A stretch of DNA of 64,000 nt from Eledone cirrhosa (lineage: Eukaryota), in assembly GCA_964016885.1 (NCBI GenBank), contig OZ024760.1, positions 31,062,001 to 31,126,000 of the forward strand, read 5' to 3'. Below the pieces are notes generated by a model. That model was not told where the DNA came from. It made no database searches and worked only from the letters and a program-made list of their open reading frames with translations. The position numbers and the translations under genes are program-made. Positions 24,864 through 35,649 of this stretch are shown one piece after another. Position 1 is the first letter of the stretch. Every line of letters starts with the position of its first letter.

Positions 24864-25666
24864 AAATACACAGATAGATTGGGGTTAAATACACAGATGG
24901 GGTAATATACACAGATAGATTGGGGTAATATACACAGATAAACTGGGGTAATATACACAGATAAACTGGGGTAATATACACAGATAGATTGGGGTATTAT
25001 ACACAGAAAAACTGGGGTAATATACACAGATTGGGGTTAAATACACAGATAAACTGGGGTAATATACACAGATTGGGGTTAAATACACAGATAAACTGGG
25101 GTAATATACACAGATTGGGGTTAAATACAGATAGACTAGGGTTATATACACAGATAGATTGGGGTAAAATACACAGATGGGGTTAAATACACAGATAAAC
25201 TGGGATAATATACACAGATTGGGGTTAAATACAAATAGACTGGGGCAATATACACAGATTTGGGTTAAATATACAGATAAATGGGGATTATATACACATA
25301 TAGATGGAGGTTATATACACAAATTGATTGGGGTGGTATACACAGATAGTTGTGGGTTAATATACAGATAGACTGGGGTTATATACACAGGTTGGGGTTA
25401 AAAACACAGATAAATGGGGGTTATATACACAGATAGCTGGAGGTTATATACACAGATAGTTGGGGGTTAAATACACAGATAGACTGAAGTTATATACACA
25501 GATAGTTGGGGTGGAATACACAGATTGGGGTTAAATACACAGGTAGTTTGGAGTAATATACACAGATTGGGGTGAAATACACAGATACATTGGGGTAATA
25601 TACACATTATAGATTGGGGTGATATACACAGGTAGTTTGGGGTAAAATACACAGATAGATGGGGTA
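24864..25666. repeat. 19-23-bp minisatellite AATATACACAGATAGATTGGGGT
   Basis: Degenerate tandem units. Confidence 0.9.
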
Positions 25667-26221
25667 AAAAAAACATAAGTCTTTGTTTTACAGGACAGAC
25701 AGAAAATGTTAGAACTGCACAAATCTTTGAAGCCGACACCAAGACCCAGTGTTTGATATTCTCTGAATCTGAGATGTATTTTTAAACATTTTATGAGTAA
25801 ATTTAAAAAGTCCTTTAACCATCATTGACCATGTAAATACATGTAGCATTATGTGACAGAAAATGTAAAACTTACTGCAAAAAATTAGATTTAAAACTGC
25901 ACCAGCTAGGATCAACTGCACATCAAAATAATCATTATTATAACATGATATTGTGTAGTATTGAGCCCAAACTCCCAAGAGAGTCATAGGGGCACCTTAT
26001 TGATATACAGCATTTCTAGGGCATTTTTAAACATGGCAGAGCCCATCCCTCTCCAAGTCTGAGTACAGCAGGTTTATTCCAGAGAAGGATAGAGTGACTG
26101 AGAATGGAAGTGAGAAAGAGATATAGAGGAATAATTGACCCCAGTATTTGACTGGTACTTTTCTTTTATTGACCTTGAATGGATGAAAGGCAAAGTTGAC
26201 CTCAGTGGGATTTGAACTCAG

Positions 26222-26282
26222 AGAAGAAGAAGAAGAAGAAGAAGAAGAAGAAGAAGAAGAAGAAGAAGAAGAAGAAGAAGAA
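26222..26282. repeat. (AAG)n microsatellite
   Basis: About 20 units just inside the intron after exon 4. Confidence 0.95.
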
Positions 26283-26295
26283 AAGTGACACTTAC

Positions 26296-26949
26296 ACTAT
26301 AGTCTGTAGTTTTAAAGGTGGAATCATAAGTGGAACTATAGGTAGAATCATAAGTGGAGTCATAAGTATCATAGGTGGAGCCATAAGTATCATAGTTGGT
26401 ATCATAGTTGCTATCATAGGTGGGTTCATAGGTAGAATCATAGGTGTTATCACAGGTGTTATCACAGGTGTTATCACAGGTGTTATCACAGGTGTTATCA
26501 CAGGTGTTATCACAGGTGTTATCATAGGTGGGTTCATAGGTGGAATCATAGGTGGAATCATAGGTGGGTTCATAGGTGGAATCATAGGTGGGTTCATAGG
26601 TGGGTTCATAGGTGGGTTCATAGGTGGGTTCATAGGTGGAATCATAGGTGGATGATTCATAGGTGCGTTCATAGGTGGGTTCATAGGTGGGTTCAAAGGG
26701 GGAATCATAGGTTCTATAAGTACCGTAAGTACTATAAGAACCCTCGGTGTAAGCGCTTGTATCAAGTTCTTGGTCAATAGTACCAGTCCCCTGTTGTTCA
26801 CTGTCAGAGTTCTCTTCTGGGGCAGCAGATTCATTCTCACCTCTCTTACCACCAGAGATACCTTCTTCTTTAGTGCGACCGTTGCGTCTACCGCGCTTCT
26901 TCGTTTTAGTCCTATAACCTGGTCTATTACCTGTCGAGCGACATTCTAA
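26296..26949 (-). CDS. ERICH3: ERICH3-like gene, exon 4 (basic segment, then TYEP/TYDS/TCDN tetrapeptide repeats)
   Basis: Acceptor tttttattttttacag, donor AGT|gtaagt; 654 nt, phase 0-0; joins ...LIRKIR to LECRSTG...; the alternative PPMN frame has a TAG at the exon start. Confidence 0.8.
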
Positions 26950-26984
26950 CTGTAAAAAATAAAAAGATAGAATATATATATATA

Positions 26985-27305
26985 TCATTTCATCATCATC
27001 ATCATTTTACGTCCGCTTTTCCCTGCTTGCAAGGGTGGGACGTGAACTGATTCTGGCTTGATTTCAACAGCTGGAGGCCCTTCCTAACACCAACCTCATT
27101 TACAGTGAGTGCTGGGTCATTTTTGCCGTGGCGCCTACACATCCACTTTACTGTGTGGGCTGGGTGCTTGTTTTCTGTGGCACCTCCACGACCACTTTAC
27201 AGTGGAATGATAGCTGAGTAAATTGGAGCAATGTGAAATAAAGTGTCTTGCTCAAGGAAACAACACATCACCCGGTCTGAGAATTGAAATTACAACCTTT
27301 GTGCC
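26985..27305 (-). mobile_element. CORE-type SINE with RTE tail
   Basis: Reverse-complement copy of the 15198-15588 family. Confidence 0.7.
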
Positions 27306-27497
27306 TCCATATATATATTTATAAATTTTGAATATATGCAATTGCCTGCAACCATTGGTACCTATGAACCAAGTTTTAAGTATGAACATCGCAATTCTCA
27401 AAATATATAATTACGGTTTTATTAATGAGAAACTTCTATTAATAATGACTCTAAACTTTTAACTCTCACAGTCATCTTTTCATCATTGCCAAACTAC

Positions 27498-27735
27498 AAC
27501 TGTTTTTGAAATGTTTATTTTTGAAATTTTTGAAACTTCTGCAACTTTCACATTCTGTAATTTTTACCATAATAAGTGTTTTGATGTACTACATTGTTAA
27601 GTGTGAAACATTAATGAGGCTTTGTTAATATTCCACACATAATACCAATATGTTACAATTATTATGGTAAAAATTACAGAATGTGAAAGTTGCAGAAGTT
27701 TCAAAAATTTCAAAAATAAACATTTCAAAAACAGT
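27498..27735. repeat. Inverted repeat, arms about 78 bp, spacer about 80 bp
   Basis: AACTGTTTTTGAAATG...TTTTACCATAATAA / TTATTATGGTAAAA...CATTTCAAAAACAGTT. Confidence 0.9.
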
Positions 27736-28149
27736 TTGAGTATTTAGAATAGTAGAGTATGGCTGTATTATAGAGTTGGAACCTGACGGCTGAGCTCTTG
27801 TCGTTTCAACAGCTAGTTCCAGCTATATATATATATATATATATATATGTATGAATATATATGAGTATTGTAGTTTGCCTGAAGCATTATTGAATAAGAA
27901 ATATAAGTTTAAATAATTTTAAAAGCCATACAATGCATTAGAAAATTAAAGGTGCCAAGATAACGATAGAATTTTACCTTAGCAAATTTAGTTATCCTAA
28001 ATATTTTCGGGTTTAAAAACCCATTATCCCTGTGAAGGTCTTAAAGGATTGATCGGAGATGAGTTATTAGGAAGGCAGATTTAAATATATATATATATTT
28101 GAAAAGGGAGTAAGGTTCTATACAAAACAGGGGTTATAGAGAAAAGGGG

Positions 28150-28335
28150 GAATTGGAAATAGCATGGAAAATATATTCAAGGATCTGTTTTTCTTTTTTT
28201 CTTCTTTGATTCGTCAAAGTAACATTATTGAAAAAAATGTTCCTCTCATTTTTTCAATAATGTTACTTTGACGAATCAAAGGAGAAAAAAAGAAAAACAG
28301 ATCCTTGAATATATTTTCCGTGCTATTTCCAATTC
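28150..28335. repeat. Near-perfect palindrome, arms about 90 bp
   Basis: GAATTGGAAATAGCA...TATTGAAAAAAATG-ttcctct-CATTTTTTCAATA...TGCTATTTCCAATTC. Confidence 0.9.
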
Positions 28336-28424
28336 TACCCTCTCTCTCTCAATATATATATATATATACATTCACACACATACAATTAGATAGTGAAAAC
28401 CCATAATCCAACTTAAAGACTTAC

Positions 28425-28622
28425 TCGGATCTTTCGAATAAGTTCCAATTTGGTAATTTCTTCAAGTCGGTGTTGAATTTCACTTTCATACTTGCGTTGA
28501 AGATTAATAGATTTCGCCAGCAAGTTTTGGGTAAGTTCTTCTTTCGCCTTTCGCCGACGCTCGGCACTTAACATCTGCGCTTTATAGACCCCATCTGGCA
28601 CAATCTCACCCTTTCTAGTAAC
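28425..28622 (-). CDS. ERICH3: ERICH3-like gene, exon 3 (N-terminal helical region)
   Basis: VTRKGEIVPDGVYKAQMLSAERRRKAKEELTQNLLAKSINLQRKYESEIQHRLEEITKLELIRKIR aligns by eye with recalled ERICH3 ITRSGRILSEKEYKLNMMKRDHQKYIRECLAQAIFHKVLDMERYHQLEIKKKLE; acceptor ttgcctag, donor CGA|gtaagt; phase 0-0. Confidence 0.88.
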
Positions 28623-28963
28623 CTAGGCAACAAATTATAAAACATAAAAGTAAAAAATTTTTTTAAATGAAATGAAAATAAAATATAAACAAATAAATTG
28701 ATACCTGATATGATAATCCGATTTTATTGAAGGGTAACAAGATCAATTCTGGCAGATGGTAATAGGAAATAGTCAAATTAACTCCAGAGTGTTAGCAATG
28801 TCATGAGCTGGGAATGGAGGCCAAAGTTGTCCACAACATCATTTGAACTCAGAATACAGAGGATTGAAGCTAAATACCAGAATTCATTTAACTTAACACC
28901 TTCCCATATATATATATATATAGTGACGAAACATAAGTCAATTGCATGAACTCATAATCCTTT

Positions 28964-29020
28964 ATTTACTATATATATTTCGATGATAGCCATTCAATGG
29001 CTATGACCTCATCAGGCAGT
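28964..29020 (-). ncRNA. Minimal hammerhead-ribozyme-like motif
   Basis: Minus strand: ctgc CTGATGA ggtc-atagccatt-g-aatggctat-catc GAAA tatata TA gtaa; helix I pairing is weak. Confidence 0.5.
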
Positions 29021-29081
29021 TAGTCAGTTCTTAGATATGCCAGCTCTGTGTTTATAGTGTTGATGGTATCAGAGCCTTGGG

Positions 29082-29149
<68 letters not shown>

Positions 29150-29254
29150 CATCATTTTATGTCCGCTTGTTCCTGCTTACAAGGGTGGGACGTGTCCTAT
29201 TCAGCACAGCATCTCTCCACTTGTCACGGTCCTTCATCATATATATATATATAT

Positions 29255-29370
29255 ATAGGAACGAGTAGGACCCCAACGGCTGAGCTCAAGCCGTTTTGAC
29301 GGCTAATTCTGGACTAGAATTAGCCGTCGAAACAGCTTGAGCTCAGCCATCGGGGTCCTACTCGTTCCTA
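29255..29370. repeat. About 115-bp hairpin next to (AT)n
   Basis: TAGGAACGAGTAGGACCCC...GCTAATTCT-ggact-AGAATTAGC...GGGGTCCTACTCGTTCCTA; related to 27778-27825. Confidence 0.9.
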
Positions 29371-29448
29371 TTACCCACTCTACTATCCTAAGTATTGAGT
29401 ACTTTGGTGCATTATGGTCCATCTGGTTCCTTACCACATTTCCTTCAT

Positions 29449-29520
<72 letters not shown>

Positions 29521-29733
29521 TAATATATATATATATTATATATTATATATATATATTATATATATATAATATATTATATATATTATATATATATATAATA
29601 TATTATATATATTATATATAATATATATATATATATTATATGTGAAGTAATTCCGTCGGAAAGGTCCAGGAATAAAGAGTGCTCTATGTAGGTTACAGAG
29701 CTTATTTATGTAATAAACAACATAAGATGATTA

Positions 29734-29793
29734 TTTCATTTACCAGTGGTTTCTTGAAAGCAAGTAAATCTGCTTTCAGTCATCAGAATGAAA
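29734..29793 (-). ncRNA. Minimal type I hammerhead ribozyme motif (left arm of palindrome)
   Basis: Minus strand: tttcatt CTGATGA c-tgaaagcag-atttac-ttgctttca-a GAAA cca-c-tgg TA aatgaaa; 7-bp helix I, 9-bp helix II, near-palindromic short helix III. Confidence 0.7.
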
Positions 29794-29810
29794 AAAAAAC
29801 ACCAGGATTT

Positions 29811-29868
29811 TTTCATTCTGACGACAAAGCAGATTTATTTGCTTTCAAGAAACCACTGGTAAATGAAA
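29811..29868 (+). ncRNA. Minimal type I hammerhead ribozyme motif (right arm of palindrome)
   Basis: Plus strand: tttcatt CTGACGA c-aaagcag-atttat-ttgcttt-caa GAAA ccactgg TA aatgaaa; 2-nt deletion in helix II relative to the left copy. Confidence 0.6.
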
Positions 29869-30049
29869 TAATAATCTTATGTTGTTTATTACATATATAT
29901 ATATTATATTATATATATATACATATATATAATATATTATATATATATATATATATTATATATAAATATATATATATAATATATCATATATATATATTAT
30001 ATATAAATAATATATTATATATATATAATATATTATATATTATATATAT

Positions 30050-33000
30050 AATCATCATCATCGTTTAACATCCATCTTCCATGCTAGCATGGGTCTGGAC
30101 AGGAATTGTCCTACTTCAGGCAAGTTTGGTTGTCTTGCTCAGGACTGTCTGGTGGGTTTTCTACGGCTGGATGCCCTTCCTAACACCAACCACATTTACA
30201 GTGTGGACTGGGAGGTTTTTACCGTGTTACCTACACAGCCACATTATAGCGTGGACTGTGTGTTTTTTTGTCGTGACACCTACACGACCTCATTTATTTA
30301 GGACTGGATGTTGTGGTACCAACATAGCTTTACAATCGAAAGGGGTGGTGTAGATGGCGGTGAGGGTAGGGGTAGTGGGACAGGAGTGTATTTTGGTTAA
30401 GAGGTGCCTACTGACTGTAGGTTTTGCTTTGTACTTAGGCAAGGCGGGTCTTCTGTATTACTACGTAGCACCAAAGATCTCGGTCCAGTGACATTGGCTT
30501 GGAGAGGTGTAAGTGTGTGAGGTCGGAATTTATCAAGTCGTCCCAGGTTTTTCCTGGGTCTGCCTACTCTGTAGCTACCGTCTATTTTGATCGCCCTGCA
30601 CTTTTTTATACAGCTGTCATCTTTCATGCACATCACGTGACCATACCAACGTAGTCTTCTCTCGAGTAAACAGCATCTGATCCCTTTTATTCCTAATTTC
30701 TCACTTAGTTCATTTATGCTTTGCCGTTCGTGTATATTACTATTACACATCCAACGGAGCATGCAAGCTTCGTTCCTCTCCGTCTGCACACAAGGCCCAT
30801 GTCTCACTGCCATGTAACATCGCTGTTCGCATGCAGGGATCATACAGCCTGCCTTTTATTTTTAGAGAGAAACCTTTAGCAGCCAATAGTGGTATAAGCT
30901 CTCATCCCGTTCGGACTCTATCTACAGTACTTTCGGAGCACCCTCCACCACTGCTGATTTTATCACCCAGGTAACGGAAGGTGTCCATTATTTCTATAGA
31001 ACCATCTGGGCAATGGAATGAGCTAGTATTCTGTGGGCATTTGCTGCTACTTATTGCACCAGAGCACCGGCCACATATAAAATCTATATTCTTAGTTAGC
31101 TTACCTGTGATCCCACTACATCTTTTATGCACCCATACTTTGCATTTGGGACATAAAATGGAGTTTCTGCCTACTCCTTTCCTACATACTGAGCATGGCC
31201 ATTTCCCAGATGGGACCAGTGCCCTATTCTCCTTCCTACATATTAGGATTTTAGTCTTAGACAAGTTAACTTTAAGGCCTTTTGATTCTAGGCCATGCTT
31301 CCATGTTTGGAATTTCTTCTCTTGTTCAGCCATTGATTCGGCTATGAGCGTTAGATCATCTGCGTATAGAAGTTCCCATGGGCAGCCGGTCTTGAACTCC
31401 TCCGTTATAGCTTGGAGGGCGATAATAAATAGGAGGGACTAAGGACTGAGCCCTGATGAACACCAACTTTTTTTTTACGCTAAACTCTTCACTATATTCG
31501 TTGTTAATTCTAACCTTGCTGACTGTTTCTTTATATATGGCTTGTATAGCTCTCACAAGCCATTCATCAACACCTAGTTTTCTAAGAGCCCACCAGATAA
31601 TGGAGCGGGGGACTCTGTCAAAGGCTTTCTCCAGGTCTACAAAAGCTAAGTAGAGGGGTTTACTTTAGCTAGGTACTTCTCCTCTAGTTGTCGTACAATG
31701 AAAAGAGCGTCTGTGGTACTTTTATCTGACACAAACTCAAACTGCATTTCATCTAGATCAATTCGCTCTCTGATTAGTTGCGCTATAACTCTTTCTGTGA
31801 CCTTCATGACCTGGTCAATTAATTTAATGCCTCTATAGTTTCCCCTATCTACGGCATCTCCTTTACCCTTGTAGCAGTTGATGATGCTGCTACGCCAGTC
31901 CTTTGGTACGACCCCATTCTGTATAACTTGGTTTACTATCCGGGTGACCATAGTGTGTCCCACCGTTCCAGAGGCTTTCAGCATCTCAGCAACTATTTCC
32001 GAAGGCCCAGCCGCCTTCATATCTTTGATTGCCTTACTTATTATACTACCTTCGACTAACACTGCTGGTCCCTCTATTGGATCGATGTGGGGGGAGACTG
32101 TCTTTCTCCCATTTATTCTCCTCATTTAGTAGCCTTTCGTAGTGACACTTCCAAGCTACCTTCTTATCAGCGTCAGTGGTGGCAAGTATACCATCATCAT
32201 TAAGGACACACTTCTCCCCAACAATATCACGGTTCTCCTTGACACATTGTCTAGCAATCCTGAACACCTCACGTTTTTGGTCCTCGCGTTGTAGAACATG
32301 CTTGAACTTTCTTTCCTCTGCTTCCCTTCTTGCGAAGTACACTTGTCTCCTAGCTTCCCTCCTGGCCACTTGATAGTCTTCTCTACTTCCCCCATACTTT
32401 CCAAGCCTGCTTTTTGGCCTTGATCGACTCCTCCACCTTACTGTTCCACCACCAAGTTACTCTCCTCCTGCCTATAGGTCTGCTCCAACCACAGATTTCA
32501 TGTCGCCTTCAGCAGGTTAACTTTCAGGAATTCCCTCTATATTGTACGTCTCCAATTGCTCTTCCTTACTGTCAAAAGCATCAAGTAATATGCTTTTAAA
32601 ATTTATGACTGGCTGTGGGTCCTTTAACTTCCATATTTTTCTCCTAAGGATAGTCCTCCTCTGTTGTCGAATACATCTCGTCCTGACTATAAGGTCGCTA
32701 ACTATGAGGCTATGTTGGGAGGTGCATTCTTCATGGGGGAGGGATTTAGTGTTTACAACAGACACTCTGTCTCGTCTTCTGGTAAGGATATAATCTATCT
32801 GACTGGCGTGTTCCCCTGATCTATAGGTGATCAAGTGATTGTCTCGTTTTTTGAAGTTTGTGTTACAGATAGTTAGATTATTTGGGTCACAGAATTCCAG
32901 GATTCTGGAGCCTTCCTCATTTCTAGTACCAAACCCATAGCCTCCATGGATTCCGTCATAGCCGTCAGTGTTGTCCAACATGACCATTTAGGTCGCCAGC

Positions 33001-33072
33001 AATAATTATATAGTCACTGTCGGTTATTTTGGAGGTAATGAGCATTAATGACTCATAGAATCTGTCTTTTAT
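30050..33072 (-). mobile_element. RTE-clade LINE, about 3 kb, frameshifted (APE endonuclease, RT, Cys/His finger, 3' UTR, GAT tail)
   Basis: GDLNGH, GYGFGTRNEEGSRILEFC, SQIDYIL, NYRGIKL, DLEKAFDR, YADDL, FRYLG and RLRWYGHV motifs spread over ORFs 30397-32987. Confidence 0.93.
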
Positions 33073-33074
33073 AA

Positions 33075-33304
33075 TGCCAGGCAGTCACTGTAAAGTGGAC
33101 GTGTAGGCGCCACGGAAAAAAGGCACCCAGCACTCACTGTAAATGAGGTTGGTGTTAGGAAGGGCATCCAGCTGTAGAAATCAAGCCAGAATCAGTTCCC
33201 ATATGAACAAGACCAGGTCAACCGACCGGACACTGCCCACAACCCGTCTAACCCATGCTAGCGGATAAGAACGGACGTAAAACAGTGATGATGATGATGA
33301 TGAT
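33075..33304 (+). mobile_element. RTE/SINE 3' tail fragment
   Basis: Same sequence as 19550-19781; ends in (GAT)n. Confidence 0.75.
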
Positions 33305-33349
33305 ATATAATATATATATTATATATATTATATATATTATATATATATT

Positions 33350-35365
33350 TTAGAAACTGCATAAATCAGATGCCAACAGAAAAAAGCAGAATAAATCTTC
33401 CAACCATCTCAAGCAAGTGACAAAAAAGGCAGTGCTTGAATTTGAACAGTGCACAGCAACCAATCCTGACAGTAAGCTGTTCTGGAAATATGTACACTCA
33501 AAGCAGAGACCTCACTCTCCAGTTGGTCCTCTTCGCAATCCCCACACAAACCAGATCACTGACGATCCCAAAGAATGCACAGAACTCATTGCTGAGTGCT
33601 ATGCAAGCATTTTTACTGTTGAAAACCAGAATGTACCATCTCCACTATCTCTAACATCAAATTCCATAACAACTATGGAATTTACACCTGCAATGTTGCA
33701 ACGTCACCTTAAGAATAAGCACAACTATGCCTCACATGGTCTTGATGGTGTTACATACCTGCTTCTCAAACATGGCGGGTACTTCCTTTTGCACCAGCTT
33801 TCTTTCTTCTTTCAATGCTGTCTCAACAATGGTGCTACTCCGGAGCAGTGGAAGACTGCCAGTGTCATTCCCCTGTTCAAAAAGGGCGACCGCACGTCAC
33901 CTGTCAACTATCGTCCAGTCAGTCTTACTAGCTGTATTACCAAACTGATGGAATCCTGTGTCAGAGAAACAATTTGGAACTTCTGGAGCTCTCACAGCCT
34001 CATCCGGCTCTCGCAGTTTGGATTTATCCCTAACTCCAGCTGCTGTGATCAGCTTATCGAGTTCCTTGAAGACATTACCCAGATCACTGACAGCGGCTCA
34101 TGAGTGGATGTTGTTTACCTTGACTTTGCTAAGGCTTTTAATTCTGTGCCACACAAAAGACTTGTGGCGAAACTCTCTGCAATGGGTGTGAGGGATGATC
34201 TTTTTAACTGGTTGAAATCCTTCATTCTCAGCCGAAAAGAGGTAGTCACGGTTATAGGACAGCATTCTTCACCATATGAGATGTCATCTGGTGTACCACA
34301 GGGATCTGTTCTTGGTCCCCTTTTGTTTGTTGCATACATTAATGACATAGATGCCAACTTACAGAATGCCACGGTATTGAAATATGCAGATGACATCAAG
34401 CTGTACCTTGAAATCAAAAGGACAAATCCTGAAATCTATAACTCTTTCCTACAATCAGACCTGGACACAATGCAGCAATGGATCACAGACTGGCAACTGA
34501 AGCTGGCTGTGGACAAGTGTACCACCATGCATTTTGGGAGGAAAAATCCAGCGTCCACATACTCCCTCCACAACACTGATATCAAGAAGTCCTCTTGTGA
34601 ACGTGACCGGGGCATTACTGTCAGCAACGATTTACGTTGGACAAAGTACATCTCTAAAATTGTCAAGAAGGCTAAGGGTGTCTTGGCATCACTCAACAAG
34701 ACCTTTGTTAGCCGCTCTCCAGCCATCTATTTAAAGCTGTGTACAGCTATGGTACGACCACACTTGGAATTCGCATTATCAGTCTGGAACCCCTATCTTG
34801 CTCAAAACATTGACCTTCTGGAAACTGTTCAGAGACGTGCAACCAAGCGCATACCCTCCATCAGACACTTACCATACTCTGAACGCCTTGCTTCCCGGGG
34901 CATGGATTCATTGAAGCTCCGACATCTGGCAATGGACTTGGTAAACACCCACAAAGTTATTAACCATCTCGCCAACAACAACCCTGAGCACCTTTTTGAT
35001 CTCCATGTGTCTAACACATGTGAACATGCCTACAAAGTCAGAAAATAGCACAGCTCCCATGACTTTCAGACACATGTTTTCACGCTTAGAGTTGCTGAAG
35101 CATGGAACAAACTGCCCGTGACAGTTGTTAGCTGCCGAGACACTGCATCCTTTAAGACCCTCATGCTTCCCGAAATTTGCCAAAACTACACTTGATGTCC
35201 CCCTTCCATACACATGCACACATGTGTATATCATGACTCATGCACTGTTCATTTTCCTGACGTCTGTACATTACCCTATGTACTATACATACACTTTTGA
35301 TGAGTTGTAGTGCACCTGAGCACTGTACACAATATTTTCATTATTATTATTATTATTATTATTAT
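33350..35365 (+). mobile_element. 5'-truncated CR1/Jockey-group LINE (RT) with (TTA)n tail
   Basis: PLFKKGDR..PVNYRPVSLTS, QFGF, YLDFAKAFNSVPH, SGVPQGSVLGPLLF, KYADDIK, VRPHLEF; in-frame stop at 34101-34103. Confidence 0.92.
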
Positions 35366-35649
35366 ATATGGCACAGGGCAACGATTGTCCCAGTGCATTG
35401 CTGGTGCCTTGTTTTGGGCCCGGAGCATGGAGGGCCGTTGCTCTATGTTGTAAAGCAAACAATTATTATTATTATATAAAAACTGAACTGTAAAAATCAA
35501 CAGTTGACATGATCTTGTATTAGTACTGACGGTAATATATGTATGTGTGTGTGTTTGTATGCATGAGTGTTGGTGTGTGAGTGAGTGTGTGTGCCGTGAG
35601 TGTCAATAAGTGGTGTTTTTTGTTTTTGTTATGACCATGCTGTAAAATG

